NCBI GenBank assembly: GCA_035084275.1
Contig: JAYJKW010000187.1
Span: forward strand, 1-59,523
From: Hydrolagus colliei
Taxonomy: Eukaryota
Reading direction: 5' to 3'
Length of the DNA: 59,523 nt
A program made the translations under genes and the position numbers. The notes beneath the pieces were generated by a model. It saw nothing but the letters and a program-made list of their open reading frames with translations. It was not told where the DNA came from and made no database searches. Below, one piece after another: positions 55,936 through 59,523 of the stretch; position 1 is the first letter of the stretch, and each line of letters starts with the position of its first letter.

Positions 55936-58900
55936 GCAGCAGAATGCATGGTCGAAGAGGAGGGTCTTGAGACCGGCCTTGAAGGACGAGAGGGAGGGAG
56001 TGAGACGATGGGACTGTGGGACGGAGTTCCAGAGTGTGGGGCCAGAGAGGCTGAAAGCCTGTCCGCCGATGGTAGGGTGGGTCTGGCGGCAGATATGGAG
56101 CAGGCCAGAGAGAGCGGGGAGATTCATAGGGGAGAGATGGCTGGAGAGCAGGTCAGAGAGATGGGGAGGTTGGGGCAAGGCCGTGAATGGCCTTGAAGGT
56201 GAGGATGAGGATGTTGAATTCGATCTTCTACACACAGCAACAACAGGCTCTTGGCCATTGCCAATCAGTGCAGTGTTGGGCGAGGATCTGGAGCCACCTT
56301 GTGGTTGACTTTTGAGGTTCAAATGTGATCAGGAACAATCCTCATTCACATCAAATAATAATACAGTAATAATAATCCTTGCATTTGATATAGCTCCAGA
56401 GGCTCAGGGGTTAGAGCGCTAGCCTTACCAGCGTGAGACCTGCGGTGGAATCCAGGCAGGTCAGGACCAAACCTTGGGCAAGTTTCCTTACTCCTCACAC
56501 ACACACACACACGTGCTTGAGATGTTGATGTAAAAAAGCGTTATATCAAATGCAAGGATTATTATTGTAGCATTTTTCACATATTCTAGACGCCTCAAAG
56601 CGCTTCACAGAATATACTGTAAAGTGAAGTGACTGTATATTTGCGGGCGAAATACGGCAGCCAATTGCACACAGCAGCGTCCCCACAAACAGCCATGGAT
56701 TCAAACGACCAATTTATGATTGTGTTTTTTTCTTGAGGGATTATTATCAGGTTTGTGTGTGTGAGCGCGTGTGTGTGTGGAGTAAGGAAATTTGCCCAAG
56801 TTTTCACCCTGACCTGCCTGGAATTGAACCCAGGTCTCTCGCTTTTAAGGTGAGTGCTCTGACCTGTGAGCTACAGGACTCCACAATGCAGTGCCTGCGT
56901 TTTGTTGTTGGAACGTGGCCATTCGCACACTTCAAATTGCGCAGGAGAGTTGGAGGCGAGAGCGTGTGAGTGACTGAGCGCTGGAGATGGGGGTGAAGGG
57001 AGAGAGTGCAGGGAGGGAAGTGACTGGGACTCACAGGAACCCATCACCGTGCCAAAGAATCTCCAAACTAGACTGAGAGTGTCAGCAAATCCCCTCGTCC
57101 GTGGCAATCTCTTGGATGTCCTTTCTGGTGTGTGCCACAGCTCCCAAACACTTCACACACCTGTAGCTGAACCGATTAACATTATGTCCTTGGGTGTTGC
57201 TCCCCACCATCCAGAGGATCCAATTCAAGATCCTGGTCCTCACATTTAAAGCCCTCCACACCCTCGCCCCCCCCACCCACCCCATATCCGTGACCTCCTA
57301 TCCCCTTAGCAACCTGCCTCCTCCCTCCACTCAGCAACCTCTAGCCTGCGCCACGTCCCCCACCCACCCTCCCCACCATTGGCGGACGAGCCTTCAGCCA
57401 CTCTGCCCCCAACCTCTGGAACGCCATCACCCAGTCCCTCCTCCTCACCCCCTCCCTGGCCTCCTTCAAGTCTCACCTCAAGACTCTCCTCTTCGATGGA
57501 TCCAACGCAACTCCTAATCCCCCCCTTCCCTCCCCCCGTCCTCAGCTCGGATCTGAAGCTATCACACACTACACTATCTCCCCATCACCCCAGCCCTCTC
57601 TAGGCTCCACTGGCTCCCTATCACACACTAAACTCCCTAGCCTCTCTGGGCTCTCTTCCTCAATCCCTCCGGTTTGCATGAAGAGCGCTTATATACATAC
57701 AAGTTGTGTATAGCGTGTTTTCTGTGTTGTGTATAGAGTGTTTTGTGTGTTGTGTAGAGCGTGTTTTGTGTTAGAACAATAATAATCCTTACATTTCATC
57801 CAGCTCCGTATCACGTCGTCGAGACGTCTCAAAGCGTTTCGCAGAATATACTGTGAAGTGTGGATTTTGTGGGTGAAACGCGGCAGCCAATTGCGCACAG
57901 CAGCGTCCCCACAAACAGCCATGGATTGAGTGAAACAGTTTTATTATGTTTTTCAAGCGATTACTACCCCCGGAAAGTGATCCGCCGATCGAGTAACAGC
58001 CAGGTTTCTGCTTATACTGCTGGGTAAACAGGCGTGAAAAGGAAACTTGCCCAATGTTTCGCCCTGTCCATATAAATTGGGCCTTTTGTGTTGGGAGGAC
58101 GTCCCCAGGCCCTGGACAGTGAAGGGTTTAATACCTGAGCTTTGGGCTGAAGTCAAGGGGGGAGGAGGGTAAGGATGAAGGTTGGTGGTGGTTTGGGGGG
58201 AAGGGTGGGGGGGGGGGGGGGTAGAGAAGAGAAGGTGATTGAAGGCTTGGCTGAAGAGGACGGACTTGAGATATGGCTTGAAGGTGACGAGGGAGGGACC
58301 GAGGCGAATGGACTGTGGGATGGAGTTCAATAGGGTTGGGAAGAGAGGCTAAAGGCCTGACCACCAACAGTGGGGTGACTTCACTGAAAGAAGGGAGTGG
58401 GCAGATGGATATGGGGTTAGCAGCGAGGCCGAGGTGTGAGGTCGAGGATAAGGATTATGGAGTCCTGCAGTGGTTTGAGCACTCGCTTTGCAAGCCAGGG
58501 ACTTGGGTTCGATTCCCGGCAGGTCAGTTCAGGGCGAAACCTTGGCCAAGTTTCCTTAATCCACACACACACACCTGATAATAATCCCTCAAGAGAAAAC
58601 CACAATAATTGGACATTTCAACCCATGGCTGTTTGTGGGGACGCTGCTGTGTGCAATTGGCTGCCGTGTTTCGCCCACAAATATACAGTCACTTCACTTT
58701 ACAGTGTATTCTGTGAAGCGCTTTGAGCCGTTGATAAGATGTGAAAAGGCGCTGTGCGAAATGCCAAGATTATTATTATAACGGAGGACAGCAGTGATGG
58801 AGAGACAGTAACTTTAATGCGCCTTTTAACCCCTTCACGCTTGCCGTGTAACGCTGGGCATAGTGACCCATGACAACAGGCGTGTCCTTCGTCATAGTAA

Positions 58901-59523
58901 CACGACACACAGATAGGAACTGGGTCTGTAGCTTTGCCATAAGGCAGGACAGTCTAGAGTGCGAATGGCCAAAGACTTGCTTGCGCACATACATACACAT
59001 GCGTGAGCACACCAACGACGACAAAATTACATTGGTATAGCGCCTTTCATGTTTCAAGGGAGAGAGATTGGAGGGGTGAGAGTTGGGAGGGTAGGGGTGA
59101 GAGTTGGGAGGGGAGGGAGAGAGTTGGAGGGGAGGGAGAGAGTTGGGAGGGGAGGGAGAGAGTTGGAAGGGGAGGGAGAGAGTTGGGAGGGGAGGGAGAG
59201 AGTTGGGAGGGGAGGGAGAGAGTTGGAAGGGGAGGGAGAGAGTTGGGAGGGGAGGGAGAGAGTTGGGAGGGGAGGGAGAGAGTTGGGAAGGGGAGGGAGA
59301 GCAGTTGGGAGGGGAGGGAGAGAGTTGGGAGGGGAGGGAGAGAGTTGGGAGGGGAGCAGAAGGTACGGTCGAAGAGGAGGGTCTTGAGACCGGCCTTGAA
59401 GAAGGCGAGGGAGGGAGGGAGGGAGGGAGGCGAAGGGACTGTGGGATGGAGTTCCAGACTGTGGGGGCAGAGAGGCTGAAAGCCCAGCCACCGATGGTAG
59501 GGCGGATCACATGCACTCACACA

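Noticed and set aside
58699-58990. Cys-rich short ORF as an exon of a neighbouring gene
   Set aside because: No convincing splice-site pair or domain motif; the ORF runs into SINE sequence.

Overview
Vertebrate genomic DNA, most likely a cartilaginous fish (inferred from the mix of Deu-domain tRNA-SINEs, L2 and CR1-type LINE fragments; not confirmed by search). Hidden among the repeats are two intact multi-exon immunoglobulin-superfamily receptor genes in head-to-head (divergent) orientation, reconstructed by hand from GT/AG sites and intron phases. Gene 1 (minus strand, 25705->4555; 12 coding exons, 2214 nt, 737 aa): signal peptide, one Siglec-15-like V-set domain, four tandem-duplicated V-set domains, an uncharged TM and a cytoplasmic tail with CQYATI and VTYAAI (ITIM-like/ITIM), i.e. 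a predicted inhibitory receptor. Gene 2 (plus strand, 41724->49674; 5 coding exons, 927 nt, 308 aa): identical signal exon, near-identical Siglec-15-like V domain, one copy of the second V domain, a TM with a central Lys and a short basic tail, i.e. a predicted DAP12-type activating receptor. The shared 5' halves lie in a ~9.5 kb inverted duplication (about 19160-28590 vs 38810-48365). This looks like a paired inhibitory/activating Siglec-15-like receptor system with diversifying ligand-contact regions. The rest is SINE/LINE/MITE fragments, micro/minisatellites, a partial direct segmental duplication (33.4-40.2 kb vs 49.0-52.8 kb) and one assembly gap. Exon models are predictions without transcript support, family assignment rests on remembered motif comparison, and repeat boundaries are approximate.
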